Of a DNA stretch of 64,000 bases, positions 28,042 through 39,789 are shown piece after piece. Each line of letters starts with the position of its first letter. Position 1 is the first letter of the stretch. The position numbers and the translations under genes were made by a program. The stretch spans positions 1 to 64,000 of the IMG/VR virus record IMGVR_UViG_3300042359_000853; one strand, written 5' to 3'. The notes beneath the pieces are model-generated. The model was not told the DNA's origin, searched no databases, and saw only the letters and a list, made by a program, of their open reading frames with translations.

Positions 28042-28351
28042 GTCTTACCATATTTTTAGCGTATATATGAAAAATACCATATCCTATTGAGTCCTCATAA
28101 AACTTGATCTCACCGGTTTCTTTATCGATAAGAAGAAGATTATCATACTGATCTATTGCTAGATTTACTCTATCTTTTAGTATTATCGAGTGTTTTGGCT
28201 TGGTTTTTTGGTTGTAAAGAAGATCGAAGTTCATACCGGCTAGAAATCCAGCACCTAGTGAGAAAACGACTAATACATAGTAAAAAAACTTATTTAAGAA
28301 AGTTTTTACTTTTTGAATGTTTATAAAATCAAGATTAAATTTTTTGTTCAT
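28034..28351 (-). CDS. Single-TM membrane protein upstream of SLT
   Basis: FFYYVLVVFSLGAGFLAGM helix. Confidence 0.6.
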   Translation of the reverse strand: MNKKFNLDFINIQKVKTFLNKFFYYVLVVFSLGAGFLAGMNFDLLYNQKTKPKHSIILKDRVNLAIDQYDNLLLIDKETGEIKFYEDSIGYGIFHIYAKNMVRHE

Positions 28352-29274
28352 AATTTATTTTGTTTAAGAAATTCGAGTGCTATTTGAGATTCGTTTTGAT
28401 TTTTGAATCCATGATAGAATAATACTTCACTTGAGTTTCGACAATACGTATATCCATCTTCTTCAAGGTAGGTATCTAAAATATTCGGATCCATTTCAAC
28501 TTTTTTAAGTATTTCACTTTTATGAGTATTTACAAAAATTGTTTCATAATTTTTTTCAACACTTCTTCTCCAAAGAATGATATTTATTGCTGTTTCCTCG
28601 TGAAAAGGTAGATATTCTTTACCTCTTCTTCGTATCCAGGGATTTTCTATGAGTGATTTCCATTCTAAAATAAAATCTTCACACTTTTCACCAAAACTAA
28701 TTACACAGGTTCCAACATATCTCATCGATCTTTTTTTAACACCGAAAAGACACATAAGTGCTGCTTCGTTGTAGATAATTGTCCCAGGTGTTCCGGTAAC
28801 CCTACCATCAATATCGACTTCAACAGCTAGTCTTTCTTGACCATCAGATCCAATGTATTTCAATGTAGGATTCCATATTTTAGCTTTGGAGTAATGTGGT
28901 CCAAAAATTATTGGAAAAGAATGGGATATTGTCGTGAGGAGAGGATAGTCCTCATCATTTTCAAAATAGTCGATATTAAATCTTTTACCGACAAGAATAT
29001 CACAATCCATGAACAAAAAATCACCACCAAAATGATTTAATGCGTGAAATAAAATAGCTGGTTTATAAAAATAAAAATCAGTGCCGTATTCTTTTACTGG
29101 TTCAAAATATTGACATATAAGATTTGGATAGTCAAGTTGTGATTCAAATCCAATTGTATAATATATTATAGGTATAGTATAATTGGTTCTTATTATTATA
29201 GACTCAACGAGATTTTTAGCTTGAAATTCATAATTTTTATCGGAAAGAATAATAATTTTTCTTGAATTTTTCAT
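28348..29274 (-). CDS. GT-A-fold glycosyltransferase-like protein
   Basis: YFYKPAIL..FLFMDCDI (DxD)..HEETAIN..LFYHG. Confidence 0.6.
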   Translation of the reverse strand: MKNSRKIIILSDKNYEFQAKNLVESIIIRTNYTIPIIYYTIGFESQLDYPNLICQYFEPVKEYGTDFYFYKPAILFHALNHFGGDFLFMDCDILVGKRFNIDYFENDEDYPLLTTISHSFPIIFGPHYSKAKIWNPTLKYIGSDGQERLAVEVDIDGRVTGTPGTIIYNEAALMCLFGVKKRSMRYVGTCVISFGEKCEDFILEWKSLIENPWIRRRGKEYLPFHEETAINIILWRRSVEKNYETIFVNTHKSEILKKVEMDPNILDTYLEEDGYTYCRNSSEVLFYHGFKNQNESQIALEFLKQNKL

Positions 29275-31589
29275 ATCAATCCATTTTGTTTTAGTTTTTC
29301 AAAAATAAATTCTGGTTCAATTGTTCTAGTACATTCAAACCATTTTGTTGAACCTTTATGTTCCGGACACCAAGTCCAGTCACCTGGATCGAATTTCCAG
29401 TCAGTTGTTTTAGTGAAACAAGAATTACATACTTGTTGGTTTTGTATTCTTATAATGTCTTGTGTAAATTCGTTGTCAGCAGAGGTAACTCCTGATATCA
29501 TAACTACTTCTTTCCCAAGTGCGTGAGCAACCCAAGAAAGACCAGAAGAAACTCCAATAAAAAATGCAGAATGTTGTATAATATTCACTACTTCATCGAA
29601 ACTTAGTCCTGTTTTACGAACCGAGGAATGAGGTAAAGAATTCCACCAACCTTCAATTCCAAAAACTTCGTGAAGATCCACCGCAACTGGTATTAAATCG
29701 ATTTTTCTCAACATTTTTGATAAAATTTCCCATCCGTTGGGATAGTTCCAATATTTACACTGGGAGGTAGATTGAACCCCTAGGCAAACATATTTGTCCC
29801 TAATAGGTCTTGGTAATTTAGATCTTTTGATGAGTGGTCTGAGTTCTTTATATTCAAGTTCAAGTTGATCTGAAAAACCTTTCATGACCGGTCTATCAAA
29901 TTTGTAATCAAGATAAATTATATTAGTAAAGTTTTCATCAAAATGTTCTTTTTTCTCTAATAAATTCAGGTTTGGAAAATCCGAAGGATCGAAAATATCT
30001 ACACCTTTCACGTAAAGATCACACACTATATTTTTCATCAGTGCGAATTCTTGAGCATACCTTACTGAAACTATTTTATCACCAAGAGCATCACTATTAG
30101 AGACAATAATAGTTTTTTGAGAAATTTTTTCTTTTTGATTAAAATAATCTAGAAGTTGTCGTTCGTTCAAGGAGTAATAAAACCCGTTTTCGTCGGCTTG
30201 AGAATCAATTTGAACACCATCAATGTAGTAATTTTTTCTAGTTTTTATGGTAAGATAACATCTAGTTTTTTCAACAAAAGATTTTACAGTATCTGGTTCT
30301 AGATCGAAACTCTCGATAACAAGCAAAATACGCTTATTTTCAAGAGAAAGTTCTTCTTTATGTAAAATTTTGGATCCCTCTTTTACCTCAACAACCCATT
30401 CTATAAATTCTCCATCTCTAAATGCTGAAGACCATATGTTTGTTGATTTTTTCGTAAGACTATGGTATATGACTCTTCCTGTTTTCTTATCACTAAAAAC
30501 AACAGTCCCATCAAAAGAAAAACCTACTTTACAAAAAGCTCTTCTAGATGAAAAATTTATAATGATTCCCTTGGTGTCGGGAGTAGACCTAGATGTCTTT
30601 TTAATTTTGTTGTAATTATATAAAAGTTGATCTCTTTCACTCACTTGGTAGAATTTTTTATAATTTTGGATCATTCTACCAACTACCAAATCCCAAGAAA
30701 AACTTAGACGATTATCAATAATTTGGTTGGTCAAGCTATCGTATTTCTTGAAAGCATTCCCAATCGCCTTCTCTAAAGAATCTATCTCTGGGGAGCAATT
30801 TATTAGTCCAGGTAAAGATTCATTGCAAACCCCAACAACTGGCATACCCACAGATAAAGCTTCTAGAATTGTTAAATTTGGATGACCAGCTTCTAAATTA
30901 GAAGGATGCAAAAATAACTGGTAATTTTTCATTCTATCAATAGATTCTTTGTAATCTAAATCATATAGAATAGTTAAATTTTTGTAATCTGGTTTCCAGA
31001 AATCAAAGAAAGTTTGATTACTGGATGGGCACATGATATGAATTTCGAAGCCGAACTTTTTAGCACATTCGATACCTAACAAAAAACCCTTTCTATCTAT
31101 GGTTCTGTCGCCACCCATACCATTATTTGCCATCATCAATAATTTTGGGTTATCTATACGAACTTTCTCGGATCTATCAATTAAGGGATAGTCTTCTAAA
31201 TTTACACCGTGTGGGAGATATACTATTTGTTCGAGTTCGTCGAAATATTTTATCAAATGTTTTGAGTGCACAAATGTAAGCTTCGAATTTTTAATAGCCC
31301 TGTAATTTTCTTTATAAACCGCTGAATCTTTTCCGAAATACTCTACGTGATGATCATGTAGGGAAAAAACATAAGGGATCCCCTTTTGATATAAAATATT
31401 TGCCAAATTGGCCATGTGAACATGTATAATTTGACCATGCCTATATTGTATATCATCAAGATAAAGAATTTCTACCTCATACCCGAGTTTCTCTAGTGAG
31501 AGTTTATATTCCCAGATTATTTTTTCAACCGCACCCCATCCATTTGGTGGTATGGGTATATTACCAGGTGTTACTTGAATTATCTTCAT
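29271..31589 (-). CDS. GT4 glycosyltransferase fused to autotransporter-heptosyltransferase-like (TibC/Aah-type) domain
   Basis: N-term GWGAVEKIIW..EAGHPNLTILEALSVG (GT4); C-term SDALGD, QSTSQCKYWN..GW, GVSSGLSW, CNSC..WCP..FEC. Confidence 0.75.
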   Translation of the reverse strand: MKIIQVTPGNIPIPPNGWGAVEKIIWEYKLSLEKLGYEVEILYLDDIQYRHGQIIHVHMANLANILYQKGIPYVFSLHDHHVEYFGKDSAVYKENYRAIKNSKLTFVHSKHLIKYFDELEQIVYLPHGVNLEDYPLIDRSEKVRIDNPKLLMMANNGMGGDRTIDRKGFLLGIECAKKFGFEIHIMCPSSNQTFFDFWKPDYKNLTILYDLDYKESIDRMKNYQLFLHPSNLEAGHPNLTILEALSVGMPVVGVCNESLPGLINCSPEIDSLEKAIGNAFKKYDSLTNQIIDNRLSFSWDLVVGRMIQNYKKFYQVSERDQLLYNYNKIKKTSRSTPDTKGIIINFSSRRAFCKVGFSFDGTVVFSDKKTGRVIYHSLTKKSTNIWSSAFRDGEFIEWVVEVKEGSKILHKEELSLENKRILLVIESFDLEPDTVKSFVEKTRCYLTIKTRKNYYIDGVQIDSQADENGFYYSLNERQLLDYFNQKEKISQKTIIVSNSDALGDKIVSVRYAQEFALMKNIVCDLYVKGVDIFDPSDFPNLNLLEKKEHFDENFTNIIYLDYKFDRPVMKGFSDQLELEYKELRPLIKRSKLPRPIRDKYVCLGVQSTSQCKYWNYPNGWEILSKMLRKIDLIPVAVDLHEVFGIEGWWNSLPHSSVRKTGLSFDEVVNIIQHSAFFIGVSSGLSWVAHALGKEVVMISGVTSADNEFTQDIIRIQNQQVCNSCFTKTTDWKFDPGDWTWCPEHKGSTKWFECTRTIEPEFIFEKLKQNGLI

Positions 31590-31597
31590 AAAGGAAA

Positions 31598-34500
31598 TTA
31601 TTTATTCGGAATCTGAACAGTATCTCGTAAATCTTTGGATTTTCCGCTAAAAACTACTCTGTTTTGATATACAACTTCCCACGACAATAGAGAACCATCT
31701 ACTATATTCCAGGACCAAGAGGATTCATAATTTGCTAATTCTTGTTCTAAAATTTCTTCTCGACCATCATCATATACTAATATAAATTTTATTCCAATAT
31801 TATTGTTCGTAAGATTTCTAGAGAAGAACATAAAGTTATCTGAATTTTCAACTCTGTAAACACCCGTGAAGAAATCCTTGAAATTATTAGAAAAATTAGA
31901 GATAGAGGCCTCTGTATTCCAAATAGTATCTGTTAAAATACTATCCATAATTCTACCATTATGTATTTTCAATTCTTTCGGGTTTGTTTTTTCAAGAAGT
32001 CTTCTAAATAACACTTCTACAGTTACAAAATCTCTACTATGCCACTTTTTTTGTATAAAATCTAAGTAATCACTCTCTTTACTAAATTTTGGTATTGTAT
32101 CTAAAAAATAATCAATATTCCAGAACTGAAGATGAAAAGATATGTTATTTTCTTCAGTTTCTGTGGATTCATCGTAGTCGTTAAAAAATAACACCGCTTT
32201 TTGGTCATTACTCTCCATTTCAAGTGCGATATCATAGATTTTATCTAGTGAACGATTACCATATAGATCGTCACATTCAATTCTCACCACATTTGTGTAT
32301 CCGAGTGATTTTGCTAAGCTCATTGCGTTATGAAAATTTACCATTACAGATAAACCGTGTTTTTGAACACCTTTTGTAAAATTTTTCAGAGTGAAAATCC
32401 ATTTACTTTCAAGAGAGACATAATCATTTATAATTATTTCTTTAACATTTGAATATTCTTCACGAAATAATTGATTTCTACGATCATAGTAAAAAAAATC
32501 AACCATTTGTTGTATTTCTCTATCAATTGTTGTATTAGATACTAACATCAAATCAAATCCTCTAATTTTGAACCTTTCGATCTGCTGAATTAGTCTTTCT
32601 TTCACTCTTCTACTTGATACATAACTATCTAAAATTACTAGAGTTTTTTCTAGACCTTTTATTTGGATATCAGTTTTTGTTAATTCTTTATCCCCATGAA
32701 TATTTTTTGATATGAAAACCACACCTTTTTCCTGTGAAGTGCCGTTTATCAGAGTTTTACAATCTTCTTCAAAAATTTGATACTGGTATCCAAGCTTAAT
32801 GATTCTCAAAATTATTTGATTTCTAAGTATATCTTCAAAGTTATCGTGGAACTCTAATATAATATTCTCTATCTTGAGTAAATTCTGATCAGAAAGACCC
32901 TCGAAGGCTTTATATTCACTACCTTCGATGTCCATTTTCATGAGAGAGACTTTCTCAATACCAGAATCAGCAAAAAAGCTATCTAAGTCTATTGATGAAA
33001 TTTCGAAATGTTTATCGGTGATATTGATGGCAGAGCTAATAATTGAATTGTTTTGATCTTCATAGATTTTTATCTTTTCTTTTTTATCCCAAACAGCGTT
33101 TTTTACAAGACTAACTCGTGAATCCTCACCGTGTAAATTATTAAATACCTTGACTGCTTTATCAGAAACCTCAAAAGCTATTACTTTTTTTGCTCCTTTA
33201 TCTTTTGCTAATTCCGTGAATAGTCCAATAGAACTACCAACATCTAAAATCAGATCAAGTGAGTTTATACTAGAAAGAAATTGATCATAAATTCTATCTG
33301 TAAAAAATTGTTCGAAATTTACAAAAATAGGTTCATAAGTATCGATTCTAAACTTTTTTTTCTGAACATTAATCATCTTTATCTGATATGATTGAGAATA
33401 TAGTAAATTTCCACCATGATCGTAGAAATCAATAAGAAATCCTGAGAAATTTGGATTTTCTGAAAAATCATAATAGGATTTTGGTAGTGGTATTGCCCAA
33501 TAATTATTTTTATTTTCGAATTTTGCATCAAATGAAAAAATAGGAATTTGAGTATCCATATCTCTAATACAAACCATCATATCGAAAGGAAGGTCATGTA
33601 AATAATTTAGAGTCAATTTATTATCTGAACTATCAAAGTCAATATCAAATAATTTTTGGTTGAAAAATTCTGGTTTGATTAGTGTGTAGTTGTTTAATAA
33701 GTCTAGCATAGAGTATAATATTTTTGAATTTTCTTCTAAATCTTGGACCATCCATTTCAATTTCGAAGATTCTGTGTAGGTGTTCATATAGACGGGTATA
33801 TTTCTGAGAAAAAGTGGTATTTCCCAAGCGATGGCTTCTTTTATAGCAAGTGGGTTCGTTTCAGTATCACCATATCTACCTTCTGATGGGAAAATTACGG
33901 CATCCATACAAGAGTAAAAAGTATGAACATCGCTTCTTTCCCTCCAAATTTGACAATTTGGTGGTTTATTATCAATCAAATCTTGCCAATGACCCCTATA
34001 ATTATCAGGAAGAGCTCCAACAAAATGAAACTGAACATCAGGCATTATTTTTGCTAGGGAGAAGGTAAATCGTTGATTTTTTCTATTAGAGAAAAGTCCT
34101 ACTTGAAGAACATGCCTTTTTGTAGGATCGAGTCCTAATGTTTTCATACCTAATTCCCTATTTCTCTCACCGGTCGTAATTTCATGCTCGATAATTTCGA
34201 TGGGAATCCCAAGAGGTAGGAAATTTTTGACTTGCCACAGACTCACAACAAGCATCTTATCTGGTAGATACTTTTTCTCACGATGATCGATCGACGAGTC
34301 ATGAAGTGTTTCAAATATTTTCCAAGTTCTTGATGGTGAATATATTTTATCTAGTAATGGATGTGGCAGAAAATGGTCTGAAGTTTCTTCGAAATGAACC
34401 ACATCAGGTGAAATTTTCTGTAATAAGGTAAAAAGTTTTTTATAATTTTGATCGAGTGAAACCAATCTCGAACCAATCATCCCCTCTATTTTTTCTCGAA

Positions 34501-34636
34501 TCGTCGTATATTGTTTTTCATATACTAATTCGAAAACCCATACTTCGTTGTCTGTGTGTAATAGTTCTACTTTTTTTCTTAAATACTCTGGCATTCCACC
34601 AGTAGAAAGATGTGGTGTAATATAAACTATTTTCAT
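31598..34636 (-). CDS. Multidomain GT4 glycosyltransferase + FkbM methyltransferase + C-terminal domain
   Basis: HLSTGGMPEY, ETNPLAIKEA (GT4); LDVGSSIG..AFEV..LMKMDIEGSE (FkbM); start at MKIVY. Confidence 0.8.
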   Translation of the reverse strand: MKIVYITPHLSTGGMPEYLRKKVELLHTDNEVWVFELVYEKQYTTIREKIEGMIGSRLVSLDQNYKKLFTLLQKISPDVVHFEETSDHFLPHPLLDKIYSPSRTWKIFETLHDSSIDHREKKYLPDKMLVVSLWQVKNFLPLGIPIEIIEHEITTGERNRELGMKTLGLDPTKRHVLQVGLFSNRKNQRFTFSLAKIMPDVQFHFVGALPDNYRGHWQDLIDNKPPNCQIWRERSDVHTFYSCMDAVIFPSEGRYGDTETNPLAIKEAIAWEIPLFLRNIPVYMNTYTESSKLKWMVQDLEENSKILYSMLDLLNNYTLIKPEFFNQKLFDIDFDSSDNKLTLNYLHDLPFDMMVCIRDMDTQIPIFSFDAKFENKNNYWAIPLPKSYYDFSENPNFSGFLIDFYDHGGNLLYSQSYQIKMINVQKKKFRIDTYEPIFVNFEQFFTDRIYDQFLSSINSLDLILDVGSSIGLFTELAKDKGAKKVIAFEVSDKAVKVFNNLHGEDSRVSLVKNAVWDKKEKIKIYEDQNNSIISSAINITDKHFEISSIDLDSFFADSGIEKVSLMKMDIEGSEYKAFEGLSDQNLLKIENIILEFHDNFEDILRNQIILRIIKLGYQYQIFEEDCKTLINGTSQEKGVVFISKNIHGDKELTKTDIQIKGLEKTLVILDSYVSSRRVKERLIQQIERFKIRGFDLMLVSNTTIDREIQQMVDFFYYDRRNQLFREEYSNVKEIIINDYVSLESKWIFTLKNFTKGVQKHGLSVMVNFHNAMSLAKSLGYTNVVRIECDDLYGNRSLDKIYDIALEMESNDQKAVLFFNDYDESTETEENNISFHLQFWNIDYFLDTIPKFSKESDYLDFIQKKWHSRDFVTVEVLFRRLLEKTNPKELKIHNGRIMDSILTDTIWNTEASISNFSNNFKDFFTGVYRVENSDNFMFFSRNLTNNNIGIKFILVYDDGREEILEQELANYESSWSWNIVDGSLLSWEVVYQNRVVFSGKSKDLRDTVQIPNK

Positions 34637-34703
34637 GTTATTTTTATATCCCATATCCTGTAATAGTTTTTGTAAACAAATAACAAATTAAATATATACT
34701 ATA

Positions 34704-35045
34704 GTGTATATGGAAAAAGTATTCAATTTTTTTAGTAGTTTCTTAACTAGTAATTTTTTTAATTTTCCCCAACTGAATTTCTATACACTCGAATGCATCG
34801 TATGGACTTTTATGATCTCTTGGCTTATTTCAAGATTCGAACCACTTCAGTGGTTTATTAAAATATTCCCGAATAACAAGCTAAGATTTCTGATAGAAAC
34901 ACTCACAACTTGTATAAAATGTGTATCTTTGTATATGGGTTTAATTATTTCAGGAAATATATTTCTTCCTGCCTTTAGTTCTTTTATCGCTATGATTTAC
35001 GATAAAACTGTTGGTCAGTGGGAAACAAAAATAAAATTTAAATAA
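34704..35045 (+). CDS. Small multi-TM protein with CxxC
   Basis: LTTCIKCVSLYMG; hydrophobic segments. Confidence 0.6.
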   Translation: MYMEKVFNFFSSFLTSNFFNFPQLNFYTLECIVWTFMISWLISRFEPLQWFIKIFPNNKLRFLIETLTTCIKCVSLYMGLIISGNIFLPAFSSFIAMIYDKTVGQWETKIKFK

Positions 35046-35046
35046 A

Positions 35047-35265
35047 ATGTTTACTATAGAAGATAGAAATGAACTAAATCGCCTTCAAGCGACCGAAACT
35101 CCAAATCAACAAGATATGGATAAAATCTTTGAGCTTTACAAAAAGTATATCAATCCTGATGTTCAGGGATATACTACAGGTTGTAGCTGCGGTAACTCAA
35201 TCACCAAACTTTATCAAGGATTGATGGGTTGGTTTTTGATGAACGAGAATCAATTCGTTAATTAA
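35047..35265 (+). CDS. Small hypothetical protein (GCSCG)
   Basis: 72 aa, adjacent to previous gene. Confidence 0.65.
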   Translation: MFTIEDRNELNRLQATETPNQQDMDKIFELYKKYINPDVQGYTTGCSCGNSITKLYQGLMGWFLMNENQFVN

Positions 35266-35269
35266 TTTT

Positions 35270-35515
35270 TCAATATTGTATCAATTCGAAAATCAATACT
35301 TGACTTCCACTTACCCAACACGGAAGATCTTCTCTTTGGCAAAAATCTTCATACCATTGCCAAAGATAGCTCTTGCCCTGAAGTTTATCAACATCTTCTT
35401 CTCTAACCTTGATGGGTTTAAGAAGTTCAATCGGTATATCTTGAACCAAGTCAGTTATATTTTCAAGTATAACTTGCTTGTTATTTGTTATTTTAACAAA
35501 AATACCACTTTCCAT
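35270..35515 (-). CDS. Small hypothetical protein
   Basis: 81 aa; ATATATA box 6 nt upstream. Confidence 0.6.
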   Translation of the reverse strand: MESGIFVKITNNKQVILENITDLVQDIPIELLKPIKVREEDVDKLQGKSYLWQWYEDFCQREDLPCWVSGSQVLIFELIQY

Positions 35516-35553
35516 AATCGGTATATATAGTTTTTTTTTCTAAAAAATATGAA

Positions 35554-35910
35554 ATGGTGAATATAAACAACTTTTTATCGAAAATCTCTTTCAAAACTAT
35601 TAAATGGGACTATTCTTTTAGTCTTTTCAATATTTATATAAGAGATAAAAACACTTTTTGGGGATTCAGTATTCTTTCCTTTACTGGTTCTAGACAAAAA
35701 TATTCGTTTTTAGAACTTATTGTTGTCTTACCCAATTTCACAAACTACAAAACATTGGTTTGGTGGTCATTTGATCTTTTTTTCTTGAAAAACTACCTTA
35801 GTGATCAATGGGAAAAAGAAAGAGAAAGACTTATTTGGTCAGAAGAGTATAGAGACAAGACCATTTTTGCCAGGTTTGCTCAAAAATTAAATGATTTTAT
35901 AAAAAAATGA
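35554..35910 (+). CDS. Hypothetical aromatic-rich protein
   Basis: 118 aa, coupled to infC. Confidence 0.55.
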   Translation: MVNINNFLSKISFKTIKWDYSFSLFNIYIRDKNTFWGFSILSFTGSRQKYSFLELIVVLPNFTNYKTLVWWSFDLFFLKNYLSDQWEKERERLIWSEEYRDKTIFARFAQKLNDFIKK

Positions 35911-36437
35911 TAAAAAGAACAATTAAAGAAAGAAAACACCGCCTCAACTCAGAAGTTAGATATGATAAAGTTCGACTTATCGAAGAGAGTGGTAGTAGAA
36001 TCATGAGTTCACTTGAAGCTTCGATTCTAGCAAAAAACGCTGGTTTGGATCTTATCTTAATTAACGATAAATCCGATCCACCCATAGTAAGAATAGAAGA
36101 ATATTCTAAGTTTCTTTACAACATAGAAAAACAAGAAAAGTTAAATAAGAAAAAACAAAAAGCTTCCGAATTAAAAGAAATACAACTATCACCTGATATT
36201 GCCGACAATGATTTATCAACAAAGTCTGCGAAAGCCAGGGAGTTTTTAGAGAAGGGAAATAAAGTTAAAGTTTTAGTTATTCTCAAAGGTCGCCAAAAGG
36301 CACACCCACAACGAGGAGAATTAACTCTACTTAAGTTTATTAATAGTTTGGAGGAGTTCGGAGATGCCGAGACATTTCCCAAATATGAGAATTTTAGATA
36401 CAATGTTATCTTAAAACCTCGTAAAAAAATAAACTAA
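35907..36437 (+). CDS. infC: Translation initiation factor IF-3
   Basis: RLNSEVR..VRLI, GLDLILI..PPIVRIEEYSKFLY, ELKEIQL, AREFLEKGNKVKV..GRQ. Confidence 0.93.
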   Translation: MIKRTIKERKHRLNSEVRYDKVRLIEESGSRIMSSLEASILAKNAGLDLILINDKSDPPIVRIEEYSKFLYNIEKQEKLNKKKQKASELKEIQLSPDIADNDLSTKSAKAREFLEKGNKVKVLVILKGRQKAHPQRGELTLLKFINSLEEFGDAETFPKYENFRYNVILKPRKKIN

Positions 36438-36464
36438 GAAAAAAAATAGATTATAAATTAAGTT

Positions 36465-36953
36465 ATGAGAATATTGGTTAAACCGTCGGATTTAGTAAAA
36501 AGATGTATCTGGGATTATTATGTGTATTATATTTTGGGAAGTGAAAAAGAAGCACAAAGACTTCTTGAACTAGATGAAGAGTTTGAGATCTCAGAAAGAG
36601 ATGCTCTTATATCTGGACTTCTTAAAGTAGTAGAAACTGACAATCTCATCCATCGTTTTAATGATTATATGGTTCATTTCTTAACAACTAAAAGTGTTAA
36701 AGAAAGAGATGTTCTTTTTATAAAAAAGAAAAATCTAGATATGTATATCAATAAATTTTTAGATAAATTTCCTGATTACTGGCAAGCGCCGATTAACTAT
36801 CTTAACGCGTTGTCAGATCTAGTATCCTATATCAATACACTCAGAGCAGATATCGAAGAACTGGATCTGCATAAAGTTGTTGTTCAAAACACGACTCACG
36901 AAGTTTATGCATCAAATAGTGTAAAAAAACTTCTTTCATTTAACTATTATTAG
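36465..36953 (+). CDS. Conserved hypothetical phage protein
   Basis: 162 aa ORF. Confidence 0.7.
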   Translation: MRILVKPSDLVKRCIWDYYVYYILGSEKEAQRLLELDEEFEISERDALISGLLKVVETDNLIHRFNDYMVHFLTTKSVKERDVLFIKKKNLDMYINKFLDKFPDYWQAPINYLNALSDLVSYINTLRADIEELDLHKVVVQNTTHEVYASNSVKKLLSFNYY

Positions 36954-36955
36954 TA

Positions 36956-37120
36956 GTGAATAATCTCGGATATCTTCAAGATTTAGTATCAACCTATCCG
37001 AATGATGAGGATTTAGGTAGAAACTTGAGAAAACATATTTGGAACATTTTCGAGTTGAGGAGCAAAAGAATTCACAAAGTAGAAAAACTTTTGAAACTTT
37101 TATCTAAAAAAACTAAATAA
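36956..37120 (+). CDS. Uncalled 54-aa ORF with YPND.DLG motif
   Basis: GTG start; MNNLGYLQDLVSTYPNDEDLGRNLRKHIW...; fills operon gap. Confidence 0.5.
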   Translation: MNNLGYLQDLVSTYPNDEDLGRNLRKHIWNIFELRSKRIHKVEKLLKLLSKKTK

Positions 37121-37140
37121 TCTATCTAAAAAATATTTTT

Positions 37141-39084
<1,944 letters not shown>

Positions 39085-39085
<1 letters not shown>

Positions 39086-39122
39086 AACAAAAAAAGATCC
39101 CGATTGGGATCTTTTTTTGTTT
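39085..39122. terminator. Bidirectional intrinsic terminator
   Basis: Perfect 17-bp inverted repeat aaacaaaaaaagatccc-gatt-gggatctttttttgttt. Confidence 0.9.
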
Positions 39123-39137
39123 AAGAGTGGGTAAAAA

Positions 39138-39218
39138 TTACTTCTTTTTGCCAGGCTTAGTTGGCTGAGCTTGAGCTGGTTTAGCTGGTTTAGCTGGTTG
39201 TGCTGCTGGTTTTGCCAT
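39138..39218 (-). CDS. Uncalled 26-aa Pro/Lys/Ala-rich micro-ORF
   Basis: MAKPAAQPAKPAKPAQAQPTKPGKKK; A-rich leader, (TA)n box upstream, terminator downstream. Confidence 0.7.
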   Translation of the reverse strand: MAKPAAQPAKPAKPAQAQPTKPGKKK

Positions 39219-39318
39219 AGTTTTTTTTTATTTTTTTATAGAAAAAGTTTTTTTACTTTTTCTTGAGTTGATGGGTATTTTTTTTATTATATATATATTT
39301 TTTTTGTTCCATTTTTTA

Positions 39319-39789
39319 TCAATAAATTGACCACTTATCAATGCTTATAGTCGGATTTTTTATTCTATTCCGTTTGATTGTAGGTTTATTTTCTAACTCA
39401 CCAAACTTTAAGATTCTATCATCTTCATCTGTTTTTATAATCTCATCATCAAAATTTTGGATACTCTCTAGCATTTGACGGGAAAGTTCAATCCAATTCT
39501 CAATAATAAAATCTTGGATCTCTTCTTGCCAAGATTCTGTGTAAAAATTACATTCAAGTATATTTTTGGTCTTGCTCGTATCTGGATCTATTGTAAATAC
39601 ACTGACTACATACTCATAAGATCCTGGTCTTCTTCTTACATTCGAAATAGACGGTAATCTTTCACCTGGTTCGAAATTTTCATCCCACTCTATTTGATAA
39701 AATTCAAAAAAATCTTTTTGTAGGTTATCTGTGAATGTAAGTGATGAGGTATTATTCTCATCATTTTCATAAATTGCATATTTTTTCAT
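39319..39789 (-). CDS. Hypothetical acidic protein
   Basis: 156 aa ORF. Confidence 0.7.
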   Translation of the reverse strand: MKKYAIYENDENNTSSLTFTDNLQKDFFEFYQIEWDENFEPGERLPSISNVRRRPGSYEYVVSVFTIDPDTSKTKNILECNFYTESWQEEIQDFIIENWIELSRQMLESIQNFDDEIIKTDEDDRILKFGELENKPTIKRNRIKNPTISIDKWSIY

